DNA of 60,054 bases, filler included. It is 4 parts of 4 records of this genome, joined end to end, with 100 filler letters (N's around TTAATTAATTAA, not from the genome) between each part and the next. Parts side by side here need not be neighbours in the genome. Positions count along the whole stretch, not along the records: positions 35,219 to 51,828 come from SRR31156797_4620; 3 more parts are not named here. One strand, written 5' to 3'. Position 1 is the first letter of the stretch, and each line of letters begins with the position of its first letter. Shown piece after piece: positions 36,849 to 46,819 of the stretch. A program made the translations under genes and the position numbers. The notes under the pieces were generated by a model. That model ran no database searches. It saw nothing but the letters and a program-made list of their open reading frames with translations, and had not been told where the DNA came from.

Positions 36849-38880
36849 AGCTAAGCTCTTTTTTCGCTGTGTTAATTGCGTTAATCCCTGTCTGAGGTGT
36901 AAGTAATTGAGGCAACACCTGTTCATATGTATTCCCGGCATAAACCACATAAAGCGGTACGCCGGAGCGTTGATACCTGTTTAAAAACTGCAAAATAGGC
37001 TTATTTTTATTGGTCCAGTCCCCCACCATATAATGGACGTTCTGCTCACTGAAGAGAGTGTTTAGCTCCTCTGAGCCAAGGGCAACCTGCTCATTTACCT
37101 TGCAGGTGATACACCAATCTGCGGTCATGTTTACCAGTACCACCTGGTTGTCGTCACGCAGTTGTTGCAGTCTGTCTTCGTTAAAGGCTAATTTTCGTGA
37201 ACTGGTGTTCTCCAAATCTGGAGAGAGCGGCTGTTGCTGCAAAGCGGGCACCATACTGAGCAGGGCAAACAGCAGGGCAAGCTTTGATTTGATATCACCT
37301 AGCAGAGCTGAGAGCCACAGCAGCAACGAAAACAGCAGCAGGCTCGCCAGCAGGACAAATTGCGCCGCACTACCAGCCTGACTCTGGTAAACCCAAAGCA
37401 ACCAGACAACCGTTGCCAGTATGGGAAACACCAGGAACTGACGAAAAGTCTGCATCCAGGAACCAGGTTTGGGCAGCAGCCGACGGACCGCGGGGAGCCA
37501 GAAGAGAATTGTCATAGGTAAGGCAAATCCAACCGCCAGGCTGGTAAACAGGGTAAAGCTGACAAGCGCGTCGCTGACCAGAGCAACTCCTAATGCAGCG
37601 GCCATAAACGGGGCAGTACAGGGTGAAGCGACCAGAACCGCCAACACTCCTGTGAAAAACTGACTGGAAAAACCGTTGCCGGTGGTGAGCTTATTCCCCA
37701 ACCCCATCAGCCCCTCGCCGCTGGGCGCAATATCCATCAATTGCAACGCAATAAAGACAAAGAGGAAACCCAGCAAGGCAACGACCCAGGGCTCCTGCAT
37801 ATGGAATCCCCAACCCACCGCTTTTCCGCCCTGTTTAAGTAACAGAATTGATACAGCAAATACGTTGAAGCTCAGCAGCACACCCAGTGGGTAGGCCAGC
37901 TTATTGATACTTGCGCCTGTATCATGCTGCAGGGATAAAGCCTTGATGGACAAGATGGGAAGCACGCAGGGCATGAGATTGAGGATCAGCCCGCCAGCAA
38001 ATGCCATGAGGGCTAACAGGAAAAGAGAAGGAACCTGACCGGGAGATTCAGCCTTTTCCCCGCCCACCTTATTTGGAATACTGGTGAGGTAGTACCCTTG
38101 CTGGCCATCGGTGAGCAAAAACTGCAGGGGCTGGCCGTCCGCCTCAAAATATTCGGAGAGCTTCAAGGTTTGGGTGAGCTGGCCATCGATCAAATGGTTG
38201 GACTGTGGCTGGTTGTGCTGGATAATACCAGCGTCCAGAGGGAGCAACGACCAGTCGGTTTCATAAGGGGGGAGATATCTCAGGTTTATATGCTGGGCTG
38301 TGATCTCATAGCTGCCGCTGAGAGTTTCCTTTTCAGGGAGCCGATCACGGGTGGTAGCGAAGATCTCAGTATTCCCGCTTTTGACCGCGTTACCTGAAAC
38401 AGGCAGAGCAATATCCAAGGTGGCCCAACCGGGAATGCAATCCTCCCTGCATACCAGCCAGGAGAGGTCCGCTTCAATGTTCACCTGCTTCCCGGAAAAC
38501 CCTGTCCCAACAGTCAGCGGGGCCATCAACAGAACGGGACCCTCATAACCGTAGTTGACCAGGTGGGCAACCGATACCTGCTCGGGAACAGGCCATTGCA
38601 GCTCACCTGCTTCAACGCCCTCTGGTAGCTTCCAGGATACCTTGGGCGGCTCACCAGAATCCCCCGGGTTGCGCCAGTAGGTGTGCCAGTGGGGCTCAGG
38701 CTCCAGTAGAACCCCAATAAAATGGGTTCTCCCCGGTACAAGAGCTGCATCCTCACTGATCAAGCTCACCCGAATATGTGGGCCGGTGGCACTTTCTGCA
38801 GCAAAGAGTGATCCGCAGCTCAACAGCAACAGTAGAACAAAAAACCAACAGACTTTTTTTGTTTTTGGTAACGTGGACAT
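36838..38880 (-). CDS. dsbD: DsbD-family thiol:disulfide interchange protein
   Basis: WHTYWRNPGDSG, LVCREDCIP, LNLMPCVLP, ASPCTAP, ADWCITCKVNE. Confidence 0.88.
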   Translation of the reverse strand: MSTLPKTKKVCWFFVLLLLLSCGSLFAAESATGPHIRVSLISEDAALVPGRTHFIGVLLEPEPHWHTYWRNPGDSGEPPKVSWKLPEGVEAGELQWPVPEQVSVAHLVNYGYEGPVLLMAPLTVGTGFSGKQVNIEADLSWLVCREDCIPGWATLDIALPVSGNAVKSGNTEIFATTRDRLPEKETLSGSYEITAQHINLRYLPPYETDWSLLPLDAGIIQHNQPQSNHLIDGQLTQTLKLSEYFEADGQPLQFLLTDGQQGYYLTSIPNKVGGEKAESPGQVPSLFLLALMAFAGGLILNLMPCVLPILSIKALSLQHDTGASINKLAYPLGVLLSFNVFAVSILLLKQGGKAVGWGFHMQEPWVVALLGFLFVFIALQLMDIAPSGEGLMGLGNKLTTGNGFSSQFFTGVLAVLVASPCTAPFMAAALGVALVSDALVSFTLFTSLAVGFALPMTILFWLPAVRRLLPKPGSWMQTFRQFLVFPILATVVWLLWVYQSQAGSAAQFVLLASLLLFSLLLWLSALLGDIKSKLALLFALLSMVPALQQQPLSPDLENTSSRKLAFNEDRLQQLRDDNQVVLVNMTADWCITCKVNEQVALGSEELNTLFSEQNVHYMVGDWTNKNKPILQFLNRYQRSGVPLYVVYAGNTYEQVLPQLLTPQTGINAINTAKKELSYEN

Positions 38881-38900
38881 AGGCGCTTCTCACACATGTG

Positions 38901-39800
38901 CTACTGCATATTGAGACCCCAGTCATATTCAATGAATCTAATGACATAGTCCCTGGCAAAACTATCAAGGAGTACCTGCTTCTTCGGGTTCAGGTACAAG
39001 CGTATATATCCCAGCAGCGATGATTCCTCTCCAGGATACTGTTCCTGGTACCAGCTGGTAAAATCCTCCTCGTACCAGTTGAAGATTGATGAGAGGTATA
39101 TTGTTTTTTCGTTGTGATTGATGCTGAAGTTACGGGGTTCGGCAAGAAACTTTCTCGTTTCATAATCAAGCTGGTTATCGAGTCTGTCCCCTGTAAAAGG
39201 GATACGTGGTAGTTTGGGACAAGCAATGGATGCACAGTTGAGAGCAAAATGAATCCTCGGATCCTTATACCTATCCCGTATCACCTTGCTCTCAAGATAG
39301 TAGAGGCTGGTAGTTGCCCCGCCGAAGGTGAGTCTTTGAAAAAAGAAAAACCCAGCTTTATCGGTAAGGAAAAAGAGGAGCGCCGGATTTTTAACATCCA
39401 GTACAGAATCAATAGGGTAATAGGTTATGACGGTTTTCAATACCCCAGCATTGTAGGCGTTAATCCAGTATGCAAGTTCGTAGGCTCTTCCCGGAAAGAG
39501 CTGAGGATGTGAGTCAGGACTATACCGGGTGATGGCGTCGTAGTACAACTCAAGCTGTTCAGGCTGATTCTTTAAACCCACATAGTCAACTCTTCCCAGC
39601 TCGTTTACATGACTTTGCAATACAGTTCGGTATTGCTCATGGGAAAAGAGTGTTTCTACAGCGAGATGATCGTCCGTAACGATCGGTTTGATTCCTGTAC
39701 ACCCGGTGATAAACAGCAGCAGAAGGCTGAGAGCGATGGATATTCTGTTGTAAAGCCCTCTGTTCTTCATAACTTTTCGTCCTTCCTGCCGATTCTTCAT
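38901..39800 (-). CDS. DUF547 lipoprotein
   Basis: Lipobox ITGC, VDY, AYWINAYN, DPRIHFALNCASIACP, SSIFNWY, YDWGLN. Alternative start at 39770. Confidence 0.88.
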   Translation of the reverse strand: MKNRQEGRKVMKNRGLYNRISIALSLLLLFITGCTGIKPIVTDDHLAVETLFSHEQYRTVLQSHVNELGRVDYVGLKNQPEQLELYYDAITRYSPDSHPQLFPGRAYELAYWINAYNAGVLKTVITYYPIDSVLDVKNPALLFFLTDKAGFFFFQRLTFGGATTSLYYLESKVIRDRYKDPRIHFALNCASIACPKLPRIPFTGDRLDNQLDYETRKFLAEPRNFSINHNEKTIYLSSIFNWYEEDFTSWYQEQYPGEESSLLGYIRLYLNPKKQVLLDSFARDYVIRFIEYDWGLNMQ

Positions 39801-40936
39801 TCAATAAGGTTTGTAAACCTATGCAGATTATTATAGGCACAAAAGGAAAAGACACCCTTGTCGCTGGCTATCGCGTAGCAGCAGTCTGCAACACGTTCGG
39901 GGTCAAGCGCACTCTTTTCCATGAAGGCCTTTGCAAAGAGGAGCAGGTGCTTACTCTTGAGTACATTATAGGGATTATTCCCAAAAATTGGGCTCGCCTG
40001 ACCAATCAGTTTCCACGCCTCTTTTGAGAGGAGGTGCCTTGCAAAAAAATGCTTCTTCCCGCCAAAGGTGGAAAGTATTTTTTCACGGCTTTCTTCCCCC
40101 AGGAAGCTCAGAGCATCGTCCTTGTTAAGATGCTTAAAAAGCGGCTCAAGGCTATCACCCACGACAAAGACGGGCGACATGGCGTTACAGGTGCTGTGCC
40201 CCAGATGCTCGGAGAGAAAGGTATCAGCCCCGATACCGGTCTGTTTTTCTATCAGATCGAGCAGCTCGGAAAGGGAGTAGCCATCATACTGCTCTTCCAG
40301 GTCAAAGCGACCGGTTAAGCGGGTTGCCGACTGAAAATTAATGGCCCGCACCACATCAATATTTTGGATGGCAAAGTTGATGATATCCCCAAGCTCATGG
40401 TCGTTAACCCCTTTGGTTACAACCACGGCCAGGGTGGCGCAGAGGTCGGTTTCACGGATGGCGTCAATGGCCCTGCGACGCACCTCCCGCATATCCTGTC
40501 CTCGGATGGCAAGGGTTGTCTCCGGCTGCAAGCCATCAAACTGCAGGTATACGGCGGTGAGTCCCTGCTGCTTCAGGCTCTGCAGGTAGTCCGGTTCTTT
40601 GGCTATACGAATTCCATTGGAAATCACCTCTATGTTTTGGTAACCCATTGCCTTTGCCATGGCGACGATCTCAGGCAAGTCAGCATGCAGGGTCGGCTCT
40701 CCACCACTGATCTGTAAGGGGATAGGAGTCTCGGTCAGCTCAAGGAGCTGCTCAATGGCGCTGCGGACTTCTTCAATGGATTTATCCCGGGCGCCCTTAT
40801 GGGCTTTGGAATAACAGATTGGACAGGCCATATTGCACCTGTTGGTAATCTCAACCATGGACATAAAAGGCTTCTTTGCACCTGGTTGAAACTGGCCGTA
40901 TAAGCTGCTGTTTATCTCTGGTTGTTTTGCTGCCAT
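39797..40936 (-). CDS. Radical SAM protein, MJ0619/Tes-like core without the N-terminal Cys-rich domains
   Basis: EITNRCNMACPICY, QISGGEPT, VYLQFDG, C-terminal DPERVADCC...FSFCAYN. Confidence 0.8.
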   Translation of the reverse strand: MAAKQPEINSSLYGQFQPGAKKPFMSMVEITNRCNMACPICYSKAHKGARDKSIEEVRSAIEQLLELTETPIPLQISGGEPTLHADLPEIVAMAKAMGYQNIEVISNGIRIAKEPDYLQSLKQQGLTAVYLQFDGLQPETTLAIRGQDMREVRRRAIDAIRETDLCATLAVVVTKGVNDHELGDIINFAIQNIDVVRAINFQSATRLTGRFDLEEQYDGYSLSELLDLIEKQTGIGADTFLSEHLGHSTCNAMSPVFVVGDSLEPLFKHLNKDDALSFLGEESREKILSTFGGKKHFFARHLLSKEAWKLIGQASPIFGNNPYNVLKSKHLLLFAKAFMEKSALDPERVADCCYAIASDKGVFSFCAYNNLHRFTNLIE

Positions 40937-40963
40937 AACAAAAAATCCTAGCTACACTGCGAT

Positions 40964-41770
40964 TTAATTTTTATTCAGCTTCCAATCATATTTAAGATAC
41001 TTGATCTTCACCTTATCCTCTTTAAGAGCCTGCACCTGCTGATCTGTCATCCCCAGTTCTGTCTGATGGTTAGCCAGGTAACTACGTAAAGAATCAATCC
41101 CTGTCCACCCCTTGGAAAAATCCTCTTCATACCACTTAAAGATTGAGGAAATCTCAAGTAGTCCACTCTCTTCATTGAACCGATTTCTTGACTTGTCGCT
41201 TAAAAACAGTTGCTCCACCTCACCAAGCTGTTGATCGATTCTTGCTCCCACATAGGCTTCGGCGCGAAGTGCAGGGCAGCCAATGCTTGCACAGTTCACT
41301 GCAAAATGAATCCTTGGTTCCTTGTAGCGGTCTGAACCCCTGATCAACCTATGTTCAATATCATCCAGGCTCCTGGTCTCTCCAAGGAGGGGGATAAACG
41401 ACTTCTTCCAGGGGGACTGAAATAATGAGCCAAGATCTTTAATGGAATCCAGATCCGGGTATTTGCTGAGGATCAACTCCACTGTCCAACTGTTATAAGC
41501 GTTGATCAGAAAGGCCAACTGCTCTGCACTGCTCCAGCTGTCAAACTCATCCTCTGTTACTTCTGAGAGGGATTTCAGGTAAAAGGTGAGCTGTTCTCTC
41601 TGGGCCAGCATTCCATCATAATCCACTGCTGTTGCCCGACCTTCATTAAAGAGGACAACGTTTTCCTGTAGCAGATGATTCCAGCTGGTGTGATCAAAAG
41701 CAGCAAAACTTAGTGTGGCGGAAGAGAGCACTGCATATATAACTAGAACTGTAAGCTGTACTATTCTCAT
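40964..41770 (-). CDS. Exported DUF547 protein
   Basis: Signal peptide, AVDY, AFLINAYN, EPRIHFAVNCASIGCP, YDWKLN; TGATG coupling with the upstream gene. Confidence 0.9.
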   Translation of the reverse strand: MRIVQLTVLVIYAVLSSATLSFAAFDHTSWNHLLQENVVLFNEGRATAVDYDGMLAQREQLTFYLKSLSEVTEDEFDSWSSAEQLAFLINAYNSWTVELILSKYPDLDSIKDLGSLFQSPWKKSFIPLLGETRSLDDIEHRLIRGSDRYKEPRIHFAVNCASIGCPALRAEAYVGARIDQQLGEVEQLFLSDKSRNRFNEESGLLEISSIFKWYEEDFSKGWTGIDSLRSYLANHQTELGMTDQQVQALKEDKVKIKYLKYDWKLNKN

Positions 41771-43923
41771 CAGGATCCCCTTTTCCATGTATGATATTTC
41801 TCAATCCAGGCCAGTAATTTTTCCGGTGCGTTGGCCCGTTTCCACTCTCCTGCTGCATACTTATTCGCTTCTGCAAGGGTCGGATAGGTGTGGATTGTGC
41901 CAAGGATTTTGTTCAGGCCGAGCCCATGTTTCATGGCAAGGACGAATTCAGCGAGGAGGTCACCGCCATGCTCACCCACAATGGTCACGCCAAGAATCCT
42001 GTCCTTACCCGGAGGGGTGAGAACTTTAACGAACCCTTTTGCCGCACCGTCGGCGATGGCCCGGTCGAGATCATCGATACCGTAACGTGTAACCTCGTAA
42101 GCGATCCCTTTCTCTTTTGCCTCCTTTTCGTTGAGTCCCACCCGGGCTACTTCAGGATCAATAAAGGTGGTCCACGGGATAACGGAGTAATCCGCCTTGA
42201 ACTTTTTCCACTCACCAAAGAGTGCGTTCACAGAAGCAAACCATGCCTGATGAGCTGCCGTATGGGTGAACTGGTATGGACCCGCCACATCGCCCGCCGC
42301 CAAAATGTTGGGGTAGATTGTCTCAAGGTATTCGTTGGTGACAACGGTTCGCTGCGTTTCTATTCCAAGATTCTCCAAGCCATATCCGGTCAAACGTGCG
42401 GTCCTGCCAACTGCGCAGATGAGGGCATCGTAGGGGATACGAATTTCTTCACCTTTATGCTCGACAATAATTGATTTATCATCACCATCCCGTTCACAGC
42501 GCAGGGCAGTATGTTCGGTAAGAACCCGTACTCCATCTTTTTCAAGAGACTCTTTTGCAAGGGCGGAGACTTCCACATCTTCCCTTTCCATGATCACACT
42601 ACGTCTCTGTACCTGCACCACCTCTGAACCGAGGCGGGCAAAGGCCTGGGCCAGCTCACAACCAATTGGACCACCGCCAAGGATAACCAAGCGGGCAGGA
42701 ACCTCATCATGCACTGCAAGGGCGTCCCAGAGGGTATCGCTTGTAAGATAGCCCGATTCCTCAATACCGGGCAGCGGTGGAATAAATGGACTGGCCCCGG
42801 CAGCAATCACAATGGACCTGGTAGTCAGCCGCTGTGTGGTACCGTCGTTGAGTTTGATTTCCACGGTCCAGGGGTCGATTACGGTGGCATATCCTTTAAG
42901 AACCTCTACTCCAAGCGAGGTAAATCGCTCTACACTGTCGTGGGGCTCGATGGTTGCAATAATATCATGAACCCGTTGCATCACCTTCTTGAATTGAAAT
43001 TTCGGTTCAACCTTTTCCAGGCCATAATGTTCACCTTCTTTCTGGTAATGGACAAGCCTGGCACTTTTAATGAGTGCCTTACTGGGTACGCAACCATAGT
43101 TGAGGCAGTCACCACCCATTTTCTCCGCCTCCACCAGGGTTACCTTGGCTTTTACCGCGGCAGCGATATAGGAGCTGACAAGTCCGGCTGCTCCTGCCCC
43201 AATAACCACCAGGTTCCTGTCAAATTTTGAGGGCTTCTCCCATTTGGCATACACTTTTCGTTTTTTGATCCCTTCGGTCACCTTCTTGGCAATAAGGGGG
43301 AAGGCTCCAAGCAGGACAAAAGAGAGTAAAAGAGGGGCTGAGAGGATGCCGCCAAGTCCGTCAATTTTTGCCAACTGCGTTCCTGCATTGACGTAGACAA
43401 TGGTTCCGGCCAACATACCCACCTGGCTCACCCAGTAGTAGGTCCAGGTTTTAATAGGGGTCAACCCCATAAGGATGTTGATGATAAAGAATGGAAAGAT
43501 GGGCACTAGCCTCAGCGTGAAGAGATAAAAGGCACCTTCTTTTTCCACGCCATTGTTAATCGCTTCAAGCTTATCTCCAAAACGATTCTGTACACTTTCC
43601 CGAAGCAGATAGCGCGATACGAGAAAAGCGATAGTGGCGCCAATGGTGGAGGCAAAGGAGATCAGCAGAAAACCCCAAAGCAACCCAAACAGTGCACCAC
43701 CCAGAAGGGTCATGATTGCAGCTCCAGGCAGTGACAGGGCAGTCACCAGAACATAAAGACCGAAAAAGACAAGGCTTGCCATAACCGGAGCACCATCACG
43801 AAGCTCAAGCAGATGTGCCTGGTTATTTTTTATGTTCTCCAGGGTCAGTGCACTGTCGAGATCAAAGGCAAAAAACGAGATGACTGCGGCAACAATGATA
43901 AATACGATTGCAAGTTTTTTCAT
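41770..43923 (-). CDS. VTT/TVP38 (DedA-like) membrane domain fused to a pyridine nucleotide-disulfide oxidoreductase
   Basis: LRLVPIFPFF VTT motif; GAGAAG, GGDCLNYGCVPSK, GGGPIG, HTYPT. Confidence 0.9.
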   Translation of the reverse strand: MKKLAIVFIIVAAVISFFAFDLDSALTLENIKNNQAHLLELRDGAPVMASLVFFGLYVLVTALSLPGAAIMTLLGGALFGLLWGFLLISFASTIGATIAFLVSRYLLRESVQNRFGDKLEAINNGVEKEGAFYLFTLRLVPIFPFFIINILMGLTPIKTWTYYWVSQVGMLAGTIVYVNAGTQLAKIDGLGGILSAPLLLSFVLLGAFPLIAKKVTEGIKKRKVYAKWEKPSKFDRNLVVIGAGAAGLVSSYIAAAVKAKVTLVEAEKMGGDCLNYGCVPSKALIKSARLVHYQKEGEHYGLEKVEPKFQFKKVMQRVHDIIATIEPHDSVERFTSLGVEVLKGYATVIDPWTVEIKLNDGTTQRLTTRSIVIAAGASPFIPPLPGIEESGYLTSDTLWDALAVHDEVPARLVILGGGPIGCELAQAFARLGSEVVQVQRRSVIMEREDVEVSALAKESLEKDGVRVLTEHTALRCERDGDDKSIIVEHKGEEIRIPYDALICAVGRTARLTGYGLENLGIETQRTVVTNEYLETIYPNILAAGDVAGPYQFTHTAAHQAWFASVNALFGEWKKFKADYSVIPWTTFIDPEVARVGLNEKEAKEKGIAYEVTRYGIDDLDRAIADGAAKGFVKVLTPPGKDRILGVTIVGEHGGDLLAEFVLAMKHGLGLNKILGTIHTYPTLAEANKYAAGEWKRANAPEKLLAWIEKYHTWKRGS

Positions 43924-44199
43924 ATAGAAGCTTTGTTTAGGTTTTATGGATCTATACTTTCCCTTTTCTTTCTTGTAGTTAAGGTAACTGGTTGTTGGAG
44001 CAAATCATATGCAGTCAATGTAAAGGGTGGACAAATTAAATATAAAGATTGTGTAAAGGTGCGATTTCACTACCGTGGTAACCTTTCAAACAGTACCTGT
44101 TGGTACGAATATCCCCGCAAGTCCATAATATCTATCTGCCAGACATCAGTCCGGTGGAAATAAAGTAACTGAAAATTTGAGGAGAGGGCTGGTTGTTGT

Positions 44200-44230
44200 A
44201 AGACCCGGACCCTGTATTGCTCCGGGTCTT
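44200..44230. terminator. Stem-loop downstream of the rhodanese gene
   Basis: AAGACCCGGA-N11-TCCGGGTCTT. Confidence 0.6.
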
Positions 44231-44259
44231 TTGCATTGCAAATTTTTCTGGATTATTAG

Positions 44260-44646
44260 TTACCTTTCTTCAATCGGGAATTTATTTCGCTGCCAGTCTT
44301 TCCAACCTCCTTTTAGGGCATATACTTTGGTAAAACCTTTGTCTATTAACTTTTGTGCCTCACGGGCACTTGTATATTCATTGGGTCAAGCGCAGTAGAA
44401 CACGAAGGTGTTTTCTTTAGGCAGGCTCTCAATAGGTGGGTGGTCCTTGCCACCGCCTCTCACTGCACCCTGAATTTTAAATTCACTTGTGGACCAGTCT
44501 CTTCCGGTGCGGACATCAACAACCACCAGGCTTTCCTGACCAAGCAGTGATTTAAGTTCCTCTTTCTCCACTTTGGGGACTTCAGCCAATAGCGGGGTGG
44601 CCGCAAAGACGACACCTAGAAAAAGTAACAATATTAGTCTTTTCAT
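44260..44646 (-). CDS. Exported rhodanese-like selenoprotein (128 aa, Sec87 in CAU motif)
   Basis: The ORF track stops at TGA 44386-44388 in the active-site loop FYCA*. The frame continues PNEYTSAREAQKLIDKGFTKVYALKGGWKDW...ER to TAA 44260 and completes the rhodanese fold. A SECIS-like hairpin follows the TGA. Confidence 0.85.
44355..44369 (-). promoter_or_regulatory. Candidate bacterial SECIS element
   Basis: GTGCC-CGTGA-GGCAC hairpin starting 17 nt after the in-frame UGA, with G near the start of the apical loop. Confidence 0.6.
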
Positions 44647-44650
44647 GGTT

Positions 44651-45895
44651 TTATCTCCTTTTTGGGGATAGTGACTGTTGCTGGTTACCGGTCAGGCGAC
44701 TGAGCCAGAACCAGATGATTGAGACAGCAAAGCTGCCAGACAAAAGATATGATAAAAACCGCAGACTCAAATCAAGAGTATCTCCAGTACAGAGGAGATA
44801 GATACTGGCAGGCAGTATAATGAGCGCTGCTGCCGCACCTGATCTGGAAAATCGATTTGAAGTTGGTTGCTCTCTGCAGTGGATAAACGTGGTTAAAGCT
44901 GTAAGCAGCAGCCAGAGGCTCAGCGCAGTATAGATGTAGACCTCCAACTTTTCATAACCGGCAAGACCGCTTGCCATAAAGTATCCCACTCCAGCGCAGA
45001 TCAGGACGCTAAAAACCCTGTTAATCACTGCTGCACTACCAAGTTTAAGTTCAAATTGGAGAGCCAGTTTATGGATATTTTGCTGGAACAGGATGAGAAG
45101 ACCATTTAATACACCCACCGCACCCGCTATAATTGCCACTCCCATTATGATTCTACCAGGTTGTCCCAGAGTTTCTCTTGCTCCGATAATGTATGGAATT
45201 GAGGAGTCCGCAAGTTTACTCTGGGGTACATGAAGCAGGCTCGCACTACTCCAGAGAGTGGTAAATAGCAAGGCTATAAACAGGGGTAGATATGCGGTAT
45301 AAGTGGGGGCTCGTCTCATTTCCCCATTATCGCTTTCCCCTTGCCCTCCTAAAAAGAGAAGGAGGGCAAGGGGAAAGAGTGAAAATGTATTTGAAGAGAG
45401 AGTTGTTTTTTCAGTAAACAGTTGTTGATCTCCCTCTGTAAAAATACCGACAAGGGCAAGGCCAATCACATTGATGAGAACAAGAATGGTGGAAATAACC
45501 TGCAGGTATTTCGGGACCTTTCCGCCAACGAGATGACATACCAACACCAGTCCGAGTAGTAAAAAGGCAAAACCGAAGTTGGGGAACCAGTACACAAAGG
45601 TTTCGTTAAAGGTAAAACCTGCTGTGACCAAGTTTCCCGTTGGAATAAAGAGCGCCAACCCCAGGTAACAACTAAGAGTAAGGGTGGTGAGAGCTATCTG
45701 AACAATTTGGGGTAATCGGTTTTGGGTTGAAGGGTTAGCACTATAGGAAGGCAGAAACAGAGCAACTGCACCAATAAAGAGCAGCAAGGACCATGGCCCA
45801 CCCTGTCCGGCGATATTACCAAGCAGGAGAAGGCCATCTGGAGAGAGTGTCCAGCAAAGTGATAAGGCGATAAAAAATATGATAGTAAAGTTCAT
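44651..45895 (-). CDS. Polytopic membrane protein, distantly APC-permease-like
   Basis: About 12 hydrophobic segments; LADSSIPY..GARETLGQPGRIIMG resembles APC loops. Confidence 0.6.
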   Translation of the reverse strand: MNFTIIFFIALSLCWTLSPDGLLLLGNIAGQGGPWSLLLFIGAVALFLPSYSANPSTQNRLPQIVQIALTTLTLSCYLGLALFIPTGNLVTAGFTFNETFVYWFPNFGFAFLLLGLVLVCHLVGGKVPKYLQVISTILVLINVIGLALVGIFTEGDQQLFTEKTTLSSNTFSLFPLALLLFLGGQGESDNGEMRRAPTYTAYLPLFIALLFTTLWSSASLLHVPQSKLADSSIPYIIGARETLGQPGRIIMGVAIIAGAVGVLNGLLILFQQNIHKLALQFELKLGSAAVINRVFSVLICAGVGYFMASGLAGYEKLEVYIYTALSLWLLLTALTTFIHCREQPTSNRFSRSGAAAALIILPASIYLLCTGDTLDLSLRFLSYLLSGSFAVSIIWFWLSRLTGNQQQSLSPKRR

Positions 45896-46043
45896 AACCT
45901 TTCCTTTGAAAGCGTATTCCCAAAAGCTGTTTCTTTTCAGAGACTGGTGATTTGTGTAAAGGCACTCTTTCAGTTTTGTGGAGAACTCTCTGCTTCGAGC
46001 ACTTCAGGCCAGCAGGCAGCCGCTGGCCATCCAGTGTTTTCTA

Positions 46044-46790
46044 TCAAAGAATTTCAGAAAGATAGCCTACAAACCTGCTCCACGATTTTTTATCCGCATC
46101 CTCGCGGTACCGCTCTGAACCAAATACTGTAAAGGCGTGTGGTGCCCCTGCGTAGGTAACCATCTCATGTTTAACTCCCGCCTCTTCCAACTCTTCTGCC
46201 AAAGTCGCAAATTCGTCCATACTCACCGCTTTATCTGCGGTACCGTGCAGAATCAAAACCTGGCCTTTGGTGTCTGAATACCCCTGTCCCTCAGGAGTTG
46301 TTAAGCCGCCGTGAAACGAGACAAAACCTTTCATATTTTCTCCTGAACGCGCCAGTTCAAGGGTTACCGCTCCGCCAAAACAGTAGCCCATAGCTACAGC
46401 GTTTGTGGTGTCGATACCATTTTCCGTGGCTGTTACAAGAGCCCCCTGCAGTAGGGCTCGCATACGCTTTCTATCTTTGTACAGAGCTGTGGTCTGCTTC
46501 TTTTTTTCACTTATCTCTGTGGGCCGGACACTGGCTCCATACATATCCACGGAAAAGACCGTATAGCCAAACTCTCCAAGCATTTCAGAACGCTTTTTCT
46601 CATAGTCAGTCAGACCATCCCAATCATGAACAAGAATTATAGCGTGACCGTTTGCGGCTTTTGGGCTGTATAAATAACCGGTAAAGGCTTCATCGCCGAT
46701 CTTGTAGTTGATGTCTTGACCAGCGGCAAAGAGCTTTCCGGAAGAAATGGTTATGGTAACAAAAAGGAGCATTGCTATTGATTTTTTCAT
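46044..46790 (-). CDS. Dienelactone hydrolase family protein
   Basis: Signal peptide, HDWDG, GYCFGG, SFHG, HGTAD, APHAF. Confidence 0.9.
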   Translation of the reverse strand: MKKSIAMLLFVTITISSGKLFAAGQDINYKIGDEAFTGYLYSPKAANGHAIILVHDWDGLTDYEKKRSEMLGEFGYTVFSVDMYGASVRPTEISEKKKQTTALYKDRKRMRALLQGALVTATENGIDTTNAVAMGYCFGGAVTLELARSGENMKGFVSFHGGLTTPEGQGYSDTKGQVLILHGTADKAVSMDEFATLAEELEEAGVKHEMVTYAGAPHAFTVFGSERYREDADKKSWSRFVGYLSEIL

Positions 46791-46819
46791 GGGTCGACCT
46801 CTTTTGTTTAAAGTGTTGA

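Noticed and set aside
41770-43923. Mercuric reductase merA
   Set aside because: No C-terminal vicinal Cys pair, no NmerA domain and no mer genes nearby.
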